Shown piece by piece: positions 10,650-21,491 of a stretch of DNA of 64,000 nucleotides (position 1 is the stretch's first letter; each line of letters opens with the position of its first letter). The DNA is taken from NCBI GenBank assembly GCA_963665115.1, contig OY762007.1, forward strand, positions 8,160,001 through 8,224,000. The letters run 5' to 3'. The notes under the pieces were generated by a model. It searched no databases. It saw nothing but the letters and a program-made list of their open reading frames with translations, and was not told the DNA's origin. Source of the DNA: an uncultured Rivularia sp. (GTDB taxonomy: Bacteria; Cyanobacteriota; Cyanobacteriia; Cyanobacteriales; Nostocaceae). The translations under genes and the position numbers were made by a program.

Positions 10650-12398
10650 TTAATGCAGCAACTCTTCTACCTGATGCTGACTCCATAAATCCCTATAAAG
10701 TCCGGGTTTTTGTAAAAGTTCTATTTGATTACCAATTTGAACGATTTTACCTTTTTCCATCACGAAAATTCGGTCGGCAGCAGCAGCAGCAGATAATTGA
10801 TGGGTAATGAAAACAACTGTTTTACGTTTAATACCGCTGGAAAGATTTTTTAAGATTTGTGTGGCAGTTTGATTATCTACGGAAGAGAGTGCATCATCTA
10901 AAATTAATACTGGAGCATCTACAAGCATGGCTCTAGCTAAAGCTGTACGCTGTCTTTGACCGCCAGAAAGTGTAATTCCACGTTCGCCGACTAAAGTGTC
11001 ATATTGTTTGGGAAAATTAGCTATTTCGGAGCTAATTTGCGATAATTCAGCGGCAGTTTTAACTTCTTGCTGTTCTGCTAAAGGATCGCCATAACGGATA
11101 TTATTTTGAATTGTAGTACTGAAGAGAAAGCTGTCTTGGGGAACGTAAGCAATTACATCCCGTAAATCGGTTAAAGCAACTTCAGTAGTATCTATTCCAT
11201 CTAAAAATAATTCTCCTTTATCAATATCTAATAAACGTGGTAAACAATTCGCTAAAGTTGATTTACCCGAACCGATAGCACCTACTATCGCAACTGTTTC
11301 TCCTGGGGTAATATGAAAATTAACATTGTCTAATGCGGGAGTTTCCGCTCCTGGATAAGTAAATGTGAGGTTTTTAGCGGTTAATTCTCCTTTAATTTGC
11401 TCTCGTGATAGTTGAATTGCATTACTGTAATCTTTTATTTTAGGTTCAACGCTGAAAATTGATTCAACTCTGTCAACGCTAACTTCACCACGTTGATAAG
11501 CAGTAATAGTAAATCCCAGTAAAGCTGTAGGAAATATCAAACGTTCAATATATAACAATAAAGCTACAAAATCACCCACTTCGAGACTGGAACCGATTCT
11601 ACTTGCTCCGATCCAGATTATTATCAACGTACTGATATTAGCCAATCCACCAATCAAGGGAAACAAAGTATTTCGAGTTTGCGCTAATTTCAAGTTAGCT
11701 TTTAAAAGCTGATGATTTTGTCTAGCAAAAGCGCGACGTTCGTTATCTTCTTGAGCATAAATTTTTATTAAGGAAATACCGCTAATATCTTCTTGAATCA
11801 GGTTACTAATATCCGAAAGATCTTCCTGTACCGAGGTTTGTTGATTGCGGAGACGTTCGCTAAATAGCAATACCATAAAGAACATGATCGGATAAGGTAT
11901 TAATGCTAATCCAGCTAGCTGCACATTAAGAGAAAACATTATGGGTAAAGTCAATGCATAAGCAAATATAGTATTTGCAAAGCTCAACACTACAAACCCT
12001 AATAACCGTCGAATATTGTCAACATCACTCGTAGCACGGCTAATCAAATCTCCGGCTTTATTAGTAGCAAAATAAGCAGGCTCCAACTTCAGCAAATGTT
12101 CAAAAATTTGCTGTTTAAGGTCAAATTCTACCTGTCTTCCCACACCGAATATCCAGATACGGGAAGCCATCCTGATCAGCCACATTGAAGAACTGAGTGA
12201 AATAATAAGTATGGAGTAGCGAATTATTTGTCCGTAATCGAAGTTTTCCGAAAGTTTTTCAACGCAATCTCGAATTAATAAGGGTATGTAAGCCCCCAAC
12301 CCATTAACAACGAGTAAAGCGACAATACCTAAAGCTGTTGGTCGCCAATGAGGGCGCAGATAAGCAAGAAGTTTGACAAAGCGTCGTGATTTTGACAT
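10650..12398 (-). CDS. ABC exporter, fused permease/ATPase (MsbA/MdlA type)
   Basis: TM domain, Walker A GAIGSGKST, LSGGQRQR signature, ILDDALSSVD. Confidence 0.93.
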   Translation of the reverse strand: MSKSRRFVKLLAYLRPHWRPTALGIVALLVVNGLGAYIPLLIRDCVEKLSENFDYGQIIRYSILIISLSSSMWLIRMASRIWIFGVGRQVEFDLKQQIFEHLLKLEPAYFATNKAGDLISRATSDVDNIRRLLGFVVLSFANTIFAYALTLPIMFSLNVQLAGLALIPYPIMFFMVLLFSERLRNQQTSVQEDLSDISNLIQEDISGISLIKIYAQEDNERRAFARQNHQLLKANLKLAQTRNTLFPLIGGLANISTLIIIWIGASRIGSSLEVGDFVALLLYIERLIFPTALLGFTITAYQRGEVSVDRVESIFSVEPKIKDYSNAIQLSREQIKGELTAKNLTFTYPGAETPALDNVNFHITPGETVAIVGAIGSGKSTLANCLPRLLDIDKGELFLDGIDTTEVALTDLRDVIAYVPQDSFLFSTTIQNNIRYGDPLAEQQEVKTAAELSQISSEIANFPKQYDTLVGERGITLSGGQRQRTALARAMLVDAPVLILDDALSSVDNQTATQILKNLSSGIKRKTVVFITHQLSAAAAADRIFVMEKGKIVQIGNQIELLQKPGLYRDLWSQHQVEELLH

Positions 12399-12430
12399 CG
12401 TATTAAATAGCGTTATTGCGTAATATTTGA

Positions 12431-13732
12431 TTACGAAACGGAGTAGTTCGTACCAAACGAGTAGCTGTATCCATCTTTTCGGTGCAGCTTGGTTAACTTG
12501 TCATATTTACCCGAAATACGTTTTCCATTTATTCGCATCTCAAAACTTTTTGCACTATTAATAAGTACTCTGCCAACGTAAGATACCCCATTCTTTACAA
12601 AGCGAGCTATATCTCCAGTTTTCCAGCCTATATCGTAATTGAAGCGAGGTTTTGAGGCAGGGAAGCCGTACTTATTCATCCTTGTATATTGTTTGTTGCC
12701 ATGTCCCGTTGACTTAATCAGCAGTGGTGCATAAGTTTTAAACTCTAAAGTATCGACTTCTCCGGCACATGCCGCGTCTATGCTATGTTCTTTGGGTAAG
12801 CCCAACCTGGTTCGGTTGAATTTGGTTTGCGCTCCCGTTCCTGTTTCAACTTCGTTTTGCTTGCCTGATATTTTCCAAAAAACGAATTGACAATCCCAAG
12901 CCAATATATTTCTTGCTGCATTTACTGCTGCCGCATCTTTCAGCGGTTTCTTCATATTTAATTTAATTTTGTTCAATAAGTTTGGCTTCTTTTTGAGAAA
13001 ATCTTCTACTGGCTTGTTTCCTTTTTTCTGGTTACATTCAAGGCAGGCTAAGCATAAATTACTCACTCTCGACGAACCGCCTTTACTAGACGGAACTATA
13101 TGCTCTATTTGTAATGGGACATCTTTTTTCCCACAATAAGTACATTCTCTTCCCCACTTTTCCAATAAATATTCACGAACTTCGTAGCCCCACAAGGTTC
13201 CTTGCTGATACTCGACTCCTTTAACTTCCACGTTTTGCATTTTAGTCGTATCAAACTTTACTTTTTCAATCACAATTTTGTTGATAGGAGTGAATCGAGC
13301 AAAGCGGTAAACCCAAGTTTCAACTGTTAGTACACGATGATAAATGCTAGGGGGAAGAGGTCTTGAACTACTAGTTCTATTCAAAAATCTAGCTTTACGA
13401 TATCTCGTTTTACGGTTGCGTCTATTTCTGCGTATAGCACTACGCTTTTCTAACGAGTTTTTAATTCTTTGTCCTCGGTGTTCTAATTCTCCTAGCCAAA
13501 CTACTTTATTTCCATCTAGTAAAGCAAATCCCGTAACCTTAGAACCTGGATCTATTTTTAGCGTAAGTGGATGAATGTTTGGATTATTTACCTCTTGCTT
13601 AAGAATTAAAGTAAAAGGAAACATTCTTAGTACCGCTGCTTTGTTCTGACTTAAAAGCTGTCTTGCTCTTTTAGGTCTTATCGGATTAAGAGGAACTAGA
13701 TTTTTATCTACAATAAATACATAATTTTGCAT
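12431..13732 (-). CDS. iscB: RNA-guided endonuclease IscB (RRXRR/HNH)
   Basis: PLNP (PLMP-type) N-terminus, RuvC-I IDPGSKVTG, Arg-rich bridge helix RRNRRNRKTRYRKARF, IEKVKFD, HNH C..C...EHIVP.SKGG....NL.LAC..CN, RuvC-III EHSIDAAC; ATG at 13732. Confidence 0.95.
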   Translation of the reverse strand: MQNYVFIVDKNLVPLNPIRPKRARQLLSQNKAAVLRMFPFTLILKQEVNNPNIHPLTLKIDPGSKVTGFALLDGNKVVWLGELEHRGQRIKNSLEKRSAIRRNRRNRKTRYRKARFLNRTSSSRPLPPSIYHRVLTVETWVYRFARFTPINKIVIEKVKFDTTKMQNVEVKGVEYQQGTLWGYEVREYLLEKWGRECTYCGKKDVPLQIEHIVPSSKGGSSRVSNLCLACLECNQKKGNKPVEDFLKKKPNLLNKIKLNMKKPLKDAAAVNAARNILAWDCQFVFWKISGKQNEVETGTGAQTKFNRTRLGLPKEHSIDAACAGEVDTLEFKTYAPLLIKSTGHGNKQYTRMNKYGFPASKPRFNYDIGWKTGDIARFVKNGVSYVGRVLINSAKSFEMRINGKRISGKYDKLTKLHRKDGYSYSFGTNYSVS

Positions 13733-13744
13733 GATGTTTTTTGT

Positions 13745-13992
13745 TTGAATCAACTTAATGATTAGTTTCACTCGAAAGTGTAAAGTTTGACTTGCCAGTG
13801 TTATATTGGCTTTTTAAGTTAGTAGCACTGTTTTTAATTGAACGGTTTAACTGTTTAACCACTAACGACAGAGCAGGAAGCTGTCTAACTTCAACGGGTG
13901 TCGTAACCAAAATAACGTAATACTCGAAGTACTTAGGCTGGTGTAGCTAATAATCCGAATCACTCCGGATTATTCCGTTTTAGTAGCTACAC
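13745..13992 (-). ncRNA. IscB omegaRNA (HEARO-type) scaffold
   Basis: Minus strand: 5' hairpin gtgtagcta...tagctacac, then accagcctaag-tacgtt-gacacc-gctctgtcg-ttaaacag-cagtg-taacactggc-aactttac blocks immediately upstream of iscB; ends approximate. Confidence 0.85.
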
Positions 13993-14228
13993 ATTCGAGC
14001 AATTAGTTACCAATTATCAATTATCAGTTATCAACGAACAATTATCAATGAATAATTTTTACCTATTTATAGTAAGCTAAGGTTGAGCTTATTTGAGAAG
14101 CAAATCCAAATTCCGATTTTCCGCTGACGATAAATAACTGATAACTGATAATTGTTGATTAATAATTGACAAACGAAAACTAGGATACAGCGCTTACCAT
14201 ACCCTAGTATATTTTTTTCTATTTTTTT

Positions 14229-14915
14229 CTATCGAGGGCGTAAGAAATTATTTACTTGATTCAAGTAAGTTTCCCAAACTCTTGTAGTTAATTGCAGAGT
14301 TTCTGCACTTGGAACAAAGTCTTCTAAGCGTAAACCCCGACGACGGATTCTATCAGGGCTTTGCAAAAGATAAGGCGGAATATTTATACTACTGGGGTTT
14401 AATGCTATTGTTGTCTGACCTGCATTTGCTTGAGGTGTGACAGTATCGCTAACTATACCTGACATATTCGCTATATTTGTTTCCCCAGCAAATGCGACAA
14501 GGGTTGCAGATTTCGGTTGAACTAAAGCTACATCGGGAACAGCTACCCGCGCAACAGGTGATTGAACCAAGAAATAAGCAACCGCTGGTGTACTTGCTAA
14601 CAATAAAATTGTCAGTGCCCAACCGACTAAAATTCCTCCGGGTTTGTCTATTGCTCCACCGTTGATTCTCTGAGCGGCGAAAGTCATCAGTAAAATCGAT
14701 GCTCCCAAAGGCTTGAGAGGAAAAGATACTACTCTCCATAAGGAAGCAATAGCTGGCTCGCTTGGATTAACGAAGGACAATAACAGAACGATCAGAAAAA
14801 TTACTACTACAAATCGTCCGACAAAGTTCCCGCTTGGGTAGAATTTCTGAAATAGGCTAAATACAACAGTACCTATAAGTAGCCATAGAAGTACTCGGCT
14901 TAGCAGTTCAAACAT
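14229..14915 (-). CDS. Hypothetical membrane protein
   Basis: About four hydrophobic segments followed by a soluble tail. Confidence 0.7.
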   Translation of the reverse strand: MFELLSRVLLWLLIGTVVFSLFQKFYPSGNFVGRFVVVIFLIVLLLSFVNPSEPAIASLWRVVSFPLKPLGASILLMTFAAQRINGGAIDKPGGILVGWALTILLLASTPAVAYFLVQSPVARVAVPDVALVQPKSATLVAFAGETNIANMSGIVSDTVTPQANAGQTTIALNPSSINIPPYLLQSPDRIRRRGLRLEDFVPSAETLQLTTRVWETYLNQVNNFLRPR

Positions 14916-15168
14916 AAATTTACTCTCAAATGTTTCTTTACAGTCAACCTATATGGCTCCGGGCAATTGGTTTATTCTATCTGTCAAATGGTGGTAGCAC
15001 CATTGACTGACTTCAAATACCTCATACCATACACACTAAAACTACCTTCGTAGTGATTTTAGTGCAATTTTTATCAATAATGTTTAGTATTTGTAGTCCT
15101 GGGGATAAGTAATTTCGCTGCCATTAAATTAAATTTATGATGTAACTGTCAAATTCAAGGGAAAATTT

Positions 15169-16170
15169 ATGTCTTCCGAACAATTTACTATTTTAGTTAC
15201 CGGAGGAGCCGGGTATATTGGCTCGCACACGGTATTAGCTTTGAAACAAGCTGGCTATGAAGTTTTGATACTTGATAATTTAGTTTATGGACACCGTGAC
15301 TTGGTAGAACAAGTTCTCAAAGTCGAACTTATTGAAGGAGATACTGGCGATCGCGATTTATTAGATAAATTATTCAAATCCCGCAATATTGCAGCAGTTA
15401 TGCACTTTTCTGCCTACGCTTATGTAGGAGAATCGGTTTCTAACCCAGCAAAATATTATCGTAACAATGTAATCGGTACAATAACTCTGTTAGAAGCAAT
15501 GCTAGCTGCATCCGTTAAGAATTTTGTATTTTCTTCAACTTGTGCAACATACGGAGTCCCAGAAGTAGTACCGATACCAGAAGATCATCCCCAAAATCCG
15601 ATCAATCCCTACGGTGCAACCAAATTAATGGTGGAGCGGATACTCTCAGATTTTAACGAAGCATACGATTTTAAATCGGTACGTTTTCGATACTTTAATG
15701 CAGCAGGTGCAAATCCCGAAGGTTTATTGGGAGAAGATCACAATCCCGAAACCCATTTAATTCCTTTAGTATTGCAAACAGCTTTAGGAAAACGCGAGTC
15801 AATTTCGATTTTTGGTACAGATTATCCCACTGATGACGGTACTTGCGTTCGCGACTACATTCACGTTAGCGACTTAGCAGACGCTCACGTATTAGGCTTA
15901 GAATATCTGCTCAAAGGAGGAGACAGCACCTTCTTTAATCTGGGTAACGGAAACGGTTTTTCCGTCAAAGAAATAATTGAAGCAGCAAGACTTGTCACAG
16001 GTGAAGATATTAAAGCAGTAGAGTGCGATCGCCGTCTAGGAGATCCCCCAGCCCTGATCGGAAGTGGTGAAAAAGCCCGAAAAATATTAGGTTGGCAACC
16101 ACAATATACATCTATCAAAGATATCATGACTCACGCCTGGGAATGGCATCAGAAGCGACATGGGAGTTAG
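15169..16170 (+). CDS. galE: UDP-glucose 4-epimerase
   Basis: LVTGGAGYIGSH, FSSTCATYG, YGATK, RYFNAAGA, DGTCVRDYIHV. Confidence 0.95.
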   Translation: MSSEQFTILVTGGAGYIGSHTVLALKQAGYEVLILDNLVYGHRDLVEQVLKVELIEGDTGDRDLLDKLFKSRNIAAVMHFSAYAYVGESVSNPAKYYRNNVIGTITLLEAMLAASVKNFVFSSTCATYGVPEVVPIPEDHPQNPINPYGATKLMVERILSDFNEAYDFKSVRFRYFNAAGANPEGLLGEDHNPETHLIPLVLQTALGKRESISIFGTDYPTDDGTCVRDYIHVSDLADAHVLGLEYLLKGGDSTFFNLGNGNGFSVKEIIEAARLVTGEDIKAVECDRRLGDPPALIGSGEKARKILGWQPQYTSIKDIMTHAWEWHQKRHGS

Positions 16171-16260
16171 GAGTTAGTTATTAGTGGTTAGTTGTTAGTT
16201 GTCAGGAGTTAGGAGTTTTAAATTACCAATTACCAATTACCAATTACCAATGCCCAATTT

Positions 16261-16842
16261 TTAACTTTTTCGCACTACGGCAAATATTCCACCTATAAGT
16301 ACAACAATTCCCAAACCTATAGCCCAAAATGGTAGGGGAAAAGCTTGTTGTTCGGTTTGATTTAGGTTGACATTTTGTACTTCTTGCGCTGTTTGTGTTT
16401 CTTGTTGATTTGTCGCAGCTTTTTTGGTTCCAGCAGCTACGGTAACATCAAACTTTAATTCAAAGGGTTTGAAGCTATTGTCATTAGCGGGTTTACCACT
16501 AAACTCTAATTGATAAGCTCCAGGTTTAGGGAATGTAATTTCTGCTCCCGGAATACCTTGATAGCGTTCGGCTGATATGGGTTGTAAATTCGGTTGAGCA
16601 AGAGGCTTTGATTCTGCTGTACGTGGTTCGCTGTAAATAGCCAATTCACAATGGCATTCTTTTAAAGGAATTACCTTACCACCCTTACGTGTTAAAGCAA
16701 ACCAAGCTTGTGCAGCTTCACCAGCACGGGGAGTATCACCTGGTTCAATGTGCAAAGTAGCCCCCACATCTTCAGCAGTTTCTATCTTGTGGGCGGAAGC
16801 CCGAGGAATTAGTAATGATGAAAGATTAATAATTTGGAGCAT
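16261..16842 (-). CDS. Exported protein with C-terminal membrane anchor, probably metal-related
   Basis: ASA-H signal cleavage site, HIEP.D.P, ITFPKPGAYQL beta-sandwich-like segment, C-terminal TM helix. Confidence 0.65.
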   Translation of the reverse strand: MLQIINLSSLLIPRASAHKIETAEDVGATLHIEPGDTPRAGEAAQAWFALTRKGGKVIPLKECHCELAIYSEPRTAESKPLAQPNLQPISAERYQGIPGAEITFPKPGAYQLEFSGKPANDNSFKPFELKFDVTVAAGTKKAATNQQETQTAQEVQNVNLNQTEQQAFPLPFWAIGLGIVVLIGGIFAVVRKS

Positions 16843-17018
16843 GGTTAAGAGTTGGGAGTTAGGAGTTGCGAGTAGTTAGGAATTAGTGAAGTTATAAGTA
16901 GTGCGAGCATCTTGCTCGCTTGCTACTATTCGCTGGGTAAGATGCATGTCCTGACGGACACACTCCGTTAACAGACTAGTATTTTGAGGGTAACGGGTAA
17001 CTGCTCACTGATAGCTGA

Positions 17019-18242
17019 TTACTGCTTACTCGAAACATAAAATCTCTGCAAACCTAATGCTGACCAAAAAAGGCGGGTTCTAAGTAACAATACTCCGAGA
17101 GTGATAATTACTAAAACTACTGGGGCTAGTTGACTTAGCAAAGTTGACTGTACGGAACCAAGATAATTAGAACCAATTATTAAGGCATGAATTGCACTTA
17201 ATATTAAGGCTGGAACGCTTAATAAATGAATGTGTCGCCAATATTTGCCCAAAGATTTTTGTAAGGAATCAAAGCTGGTTAAGGCAGCAGGAGCCATTAA
17301 GATTAAGGCGACTGCACCAAAAGCCATGCCTAACTGAAATTCTGATGGTAAGAAGAAAAAACTATTAAGCTTCCACCCCAATGAATGTTCCATCATGTGA
17401 GCGGTGTGGGCTAAAGAAACTACGAAAGCACCAACTCCTAAAGCACGACGATAGCGCATTGGTGCTGCCCATAAACCACTGATGGGACGAGCAATCAGCG
17501 CCAGCATCAGCAATATTAAACCAGCGTGTCCGGTGTAGTCTACCATCGTGTCGCCAGTTCGCAGCAAGGTAATTACGCCTATTGTGAGAGTTACCCAACC
17601 ACCCAAGCGAAACAGTTGGGAACGTTTATCTTTACTAATTAAGGATGCAGATACCCCTACCCCCAACATCATCGGAAAAGTTCCCAAACCAAAAGCTAAC
17701 ATTGTAGCTGCACCCATCCACATATTCCCCGTTTGAGCAGCTTTGATTTGAGCGGTATACAGGAAACCACAAGGCATTAAACCCCAAGTCATTCCTAAAA
17801 CGAGGGGTGTATACCAGGTGTTTTGCAATGATATTTTTGACATTCCCGCATTCAAACGATTGTGTAAACCGCCTTGTAATAATGGGTGCAAAAATGGAAT
17901 TTTGGGTAAAAAGTTCGGATTAATTTGTCTGAGTCCGAACAAAATCAACATTAAACCAGTAATGATTGCTATCCACTGACGTAATTCGCTACCAACACCA
18001 GCTAATTGACCTCCTTCTACCAATATCGAACCTAGCGCCCCAATTGCAGCACCAACTAAGCTATAACTGAGCATTCGCCCAAAATTAAGCAAAACATGGA
18101 ATTTTGATTGTTGCCGCCAATTAGTGTTTTTACTTTGGGAAGACAAAGAAAATGCTACAGTCAAAGGTCCGCACATTCCAGCACAGTGACCAAAACTACC
18201 AAGAAATCCCAAAGCTGCAATAAGGAAAAGGTCAAGTAACAT
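17019..18242 (-). CDS. TauE/SafE (DsbD_2/UreH-like) membrane protein fused to a ferric-reductase-like TM domain
   Basis: GHCAGMCGP and GLMPCGFLY motifs; C-terminal RRALGV...HTAH...LTS...LGKYWRHIH. Confidence 0.8.
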   Translation of the reverse strand: MLLDLFLIAALGFLGSFGHCAGMCGPLTVAFSLSSQSKNTNWRQQSKFHVLLNFGRMLSYSLVGAAIGALGSILVEGGQLAGVGSELRQWIAIITGLMLILFGLRQINPNFLPKIPFLHPLLQGGLHNRLNAGMSKISLQNTWYTPLVLGMTWGLMPCGFLYTAQIKAAQTGNMWMGAATMLAFGLGTFPMMLGVGVSASLISKDKRSQLFRLGGWVTLTIGVITLLRTGDTMVDYTGHAGLILLMLALIARPISGLWAAPMRYRRALGVGAFVVSLAHTAHMMEHSLGWKLNSFFFLPSEFQLGMAFGAVALILMAPAALTSFDSLQKSLGKYWRHIHLLSVPALILSAIHALIIGSNYLGSVQSTLLSQLAPVVLVIITLGVLLLRTRLFWSALGLQRFYVSSKQ

Positions 18243-18327
18243 TTTGGATTTTAGATTATAAAAGAGTTTTTATATAAAGGTTCGTAGTAAAAGTTTTAAC
18301 TCCGATCTTGAGGTAACAAATTCTTAC

Positions 18328-18430
18328 TAAGCTGTTGCGTATTCAACTTGTATATGAGAAGCGGGCAAGATGCCCGCACTACAATCGTTCAAATTCTTTA
18401 CCTTATACAATTTAGCTGCACGTCAGCTTA
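18328..18430. mobile_element. ~100 bp MITE, copy 2 (inverted relative to 7743-7844)
   Basis: Same TAAGCTG/CAGCTTA termini; GCGGGCAAGATGCCCGCACTAC core. Confidence 0.7.
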
Positions 18431-18525
18431 CAAACCAATCGGAATCAAACTGTTGGAGTACTATCGCAGTTTCATTCTGGATCGGGAATTAGTAATTAAT
18501 TATGTCCTTGATGTTTGTGCTGCTC

Positions 18526-18993
18526 TTAATTTTTACTTATAACTTCTGAGACTTTGATAATTTCTGTATCTTCAATTACTTTACCGTTGCTAGTCAAATC
18601 AGCATGATTGTTAGCATTCAAAGTTACTTTAACTTTGTTTTCACCAGGTTCGAGATTTTCCAGATAATACCAAGAACTATACAGTCTGGTAATTTTTTTC
18701 CCGTTCACAAAAATATGAGCGTGCCCTTCTCCAGCTTCCGGTGCTTGGTTAACTTTTTCAGGTGCAAATTTAAAATTGGTAACTTTCGCTTCCAGATTCC
18801 AGCCTTTTTTTAAATCTTTACGTACCACTACATCAAGACTTGGTACAGCTTGCCCTTGAGGGACTTCCATTATTCCGTGTTTATGCTCGCCATTTCCGCT
18901 TCCCACTTCAGCTACAGTCATAGTCGCACCTTTGGCGATCGCCACTACAGAAATCAATGTAGCTGCCGCGACAAAAAAGTGTTGAGCTTTCAT
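18526..18993 (-). CDS. Exported His-containing putative metal-binding protein
   Basis: Signal peptide, HKH, GEGHAHIFVNGKKITRLY, LNANNH. Confidence 0.7.
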   Translation of the reverse strand: MKAQHFFVAAATLISVVAIAKGATMTVAEVGSGNGEHKHGIMEVPQGQAVPSLDVVVRKDLKKGWNLEAKVTNFKFAPEKVNQAPEAGEGHAHIFVNGKKITRLYSSWYYLENLEPGENKVKVTLNANNHADLTSNGKVIEDTEIIKVSEVISKN

Positions 18994-19090
18994 AGCAAAA
19001 ATAAGTAAAAACGACCCGTCTTAACCCTTAAAAATAAGTTTTTTTACTAATTAAGTCAAAAGACAGGCTGTCATATTTAGGAAATAGTTC

Positions 19091-21491
19091 TTAATTCCCC
19101 ACTCCTAATTCCTTTTCCTGAACCATAGGAATTTCGATCGTAAATTCTGTACCCTTCCCAGGTGTTGAATTACAGTAAAGTTTACCGCGATGTTTTTCTA
19201 CTACGATTTGGTAACTGATAGATAAACCCAAACCCGTTCCTTTTCCAACTTCTTTAGTAGTGAAAAATGGGTCAAATAGTTTTGGTTTAATTTTTTTAGG
19301 AATACCAATACCGTTATCAGAAATACTGATTTTTATTTGTTTACTTTCGGTTAATTCTGTCGCAATTTTTATATAGCTGGGATTTGATTGAATCTCTTGA
19401 ATAGTCAGCTGATAATTATAATTATCTAAAGCATCAATAGCATTAGTCAAAATGTTCATAAATACTTGATTTAATTGACCGGGATAGCATTCTATTAAAG
19501 GTAAAGAGCTATATTCTTTAATTATTTTAATTTCTGGGTGTGTAGATTTTGCTTTTAAACGGTTGTGCAAAATCATCAATGTAGAATCAATACCCGAATG
19601 AATGTCTACTTTTTTGAATTCAGCTTCATCCAAACGAGAAAAATTACGCAAACTCAAAACAATATCTTTTATACGACTCGTACCTTCTTTCATTGAATAA
19701 AGTGTTTTTGTCAAGTCCTCTTTGATAAAATCAAATTCTATATTTTCAATTGCTTCAATAATTTCTATCTTCGGATTAGGATAGTGCTGTTGATAAATTT
19801 CTATTAATCCCAATAAATCTTGAACATATTCGCAGGCAGGAACTATATTACCATGAATAAAATTTACCGGATTGTTAATTTCATGAGCAACACCTGCAAC
19901 CATTTGTCCTAAAGAAGACATTTTTTCGGTTTGAATTAATTGTGTTTGAGTATGTTTTAATTCGCGAAGAGTCTGCTTTAAGCTTTGAGTTTGCTTCTGA
20001 AATTTTTCTTCAGTTAGCTTCATCTGAGTAATATCAATTAAACAACCATACCAAATAATGGATTTATTGGGTTGAATCTCTGGTTTTGCTACCACTTTTA
20101 TCCATTTATGTTTATTATTTGGGTCAATATAACGCCATTCAGATTCTAAGTTTTCTAAAGTTTTAGCGGAAATATTGCCTTTCTCGATAAAAGCTGCAAT
20201 ATCATCTGGATGAATATTTTCAAATGCTAAGCTAACATCTTGTTGTAACAATAGCGGTTTCTAATCCCAAAATGTCTCGACATCCCGAAGAAACGTAAGT
20301 AAATGAAATATTTCTATCCGGTTTGAGACGGTATTCATAAATCATTCCCGGTACGCTATCTGTTAACTTTTTAAGTCTTGCTTGCGTGCTTTGCAATTGT
20401 GCGGTGCGTGCTTCAACTTTTATTTCTAATTTTTCGTTGATATTTTTGATTTCTTCTTCAATTTTCTTTCGCTGAGTAATATCTTCAACAGTGACTAAAA
20501 TTCCGATAACATTACCTTTCGCATCTCGTAATGGAATCTTATTAGTATCAAGCCACGCTTGTTTACCGTCGGATTGCTTTTGAGTTTCAATGATATGTAA
20601 TTCAGCTTCACCCGATTCCATTACTCGTTTATCGCATTCTCGATAAAAATTTGCCTCTTCCATATTCCAAGGCAGATCGTAATCTGTTTTGCCAACAATT
20701 TCTTCTGAAGAACTTAATCCCGCAACTTCCCCAGCGCTACTATTACATCCTTTAAATACTGAGTTTCTATCTTTCCAAAAAACTAGCTGGGGAATGCTAT
20801 CAATTAGCAGTTTGAAAAATTGTTGCGATTCCAGAAGTTGCATTTCGGTTTGATGAGATGCAATCGCATAACCAAAATTACCAGCAGCAGCTCGTAAAAC
20901 TGACTTTTCAAGATTTGTCCACTGATGTTCGCTATGACAATTATCAAAACCAATAAATCCCCATAATTTTCCTTTAATTTCGATTGGGGCTATCAATATT
21001 GACAGAATATTCTGTTGTTGTAAGATTTCTCGCTCGGTTTGAGAGAAATCTCTTACAATTCCAGCAATTGCTTTACCTTGACTTAAATTTTTGTACCAGC
21101 GTGGAAAACAATTATCATAAGAAAGATTTTGTAATTCGGGATTATCTATTTCCGGAATAACACCCGGTGCCACCCATTCCCACTGCTGACTCATAAGCAT
21201 TTCACCCGTAATTGGATGGGAATGATTTTCAAAAATATAAATTCTGTCTGCAATAACAGCATTTCCCAAAGCTGCTAAAGCTGCATTTATCGATTGTTCG
21301 TAATTTGCGATTGTCAGTAAACAGTTACTTGAAGAAGCAATACCTTCAAGTAAACGTTCATTTTGTTTTAGTTTTAACTTTGTTAAGCAATTAGCTGGAG
21401 GTAAATTAGCAATACAATTACGCAGCAGTAAAAGTTCTGCTTGCATAGCTTCATATAGATTTTTGTCAATAGAAATTAGATTCTGTGTCAT
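19091..21491 (-). CDS. GAF-PAS-PAS sensor histidine kinase; apparent frameshift at ~20259
   Basis: GAF, PAS/PAC (WLDTNKIPLRDAKG), H-box VAHEINNP, QVFMNILTNAIDA, DNG.G, PFFTTK..GKGTGLGL; the two ORFs join if one T is removed from TTT 20258-20260. Confidence 0.9.
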
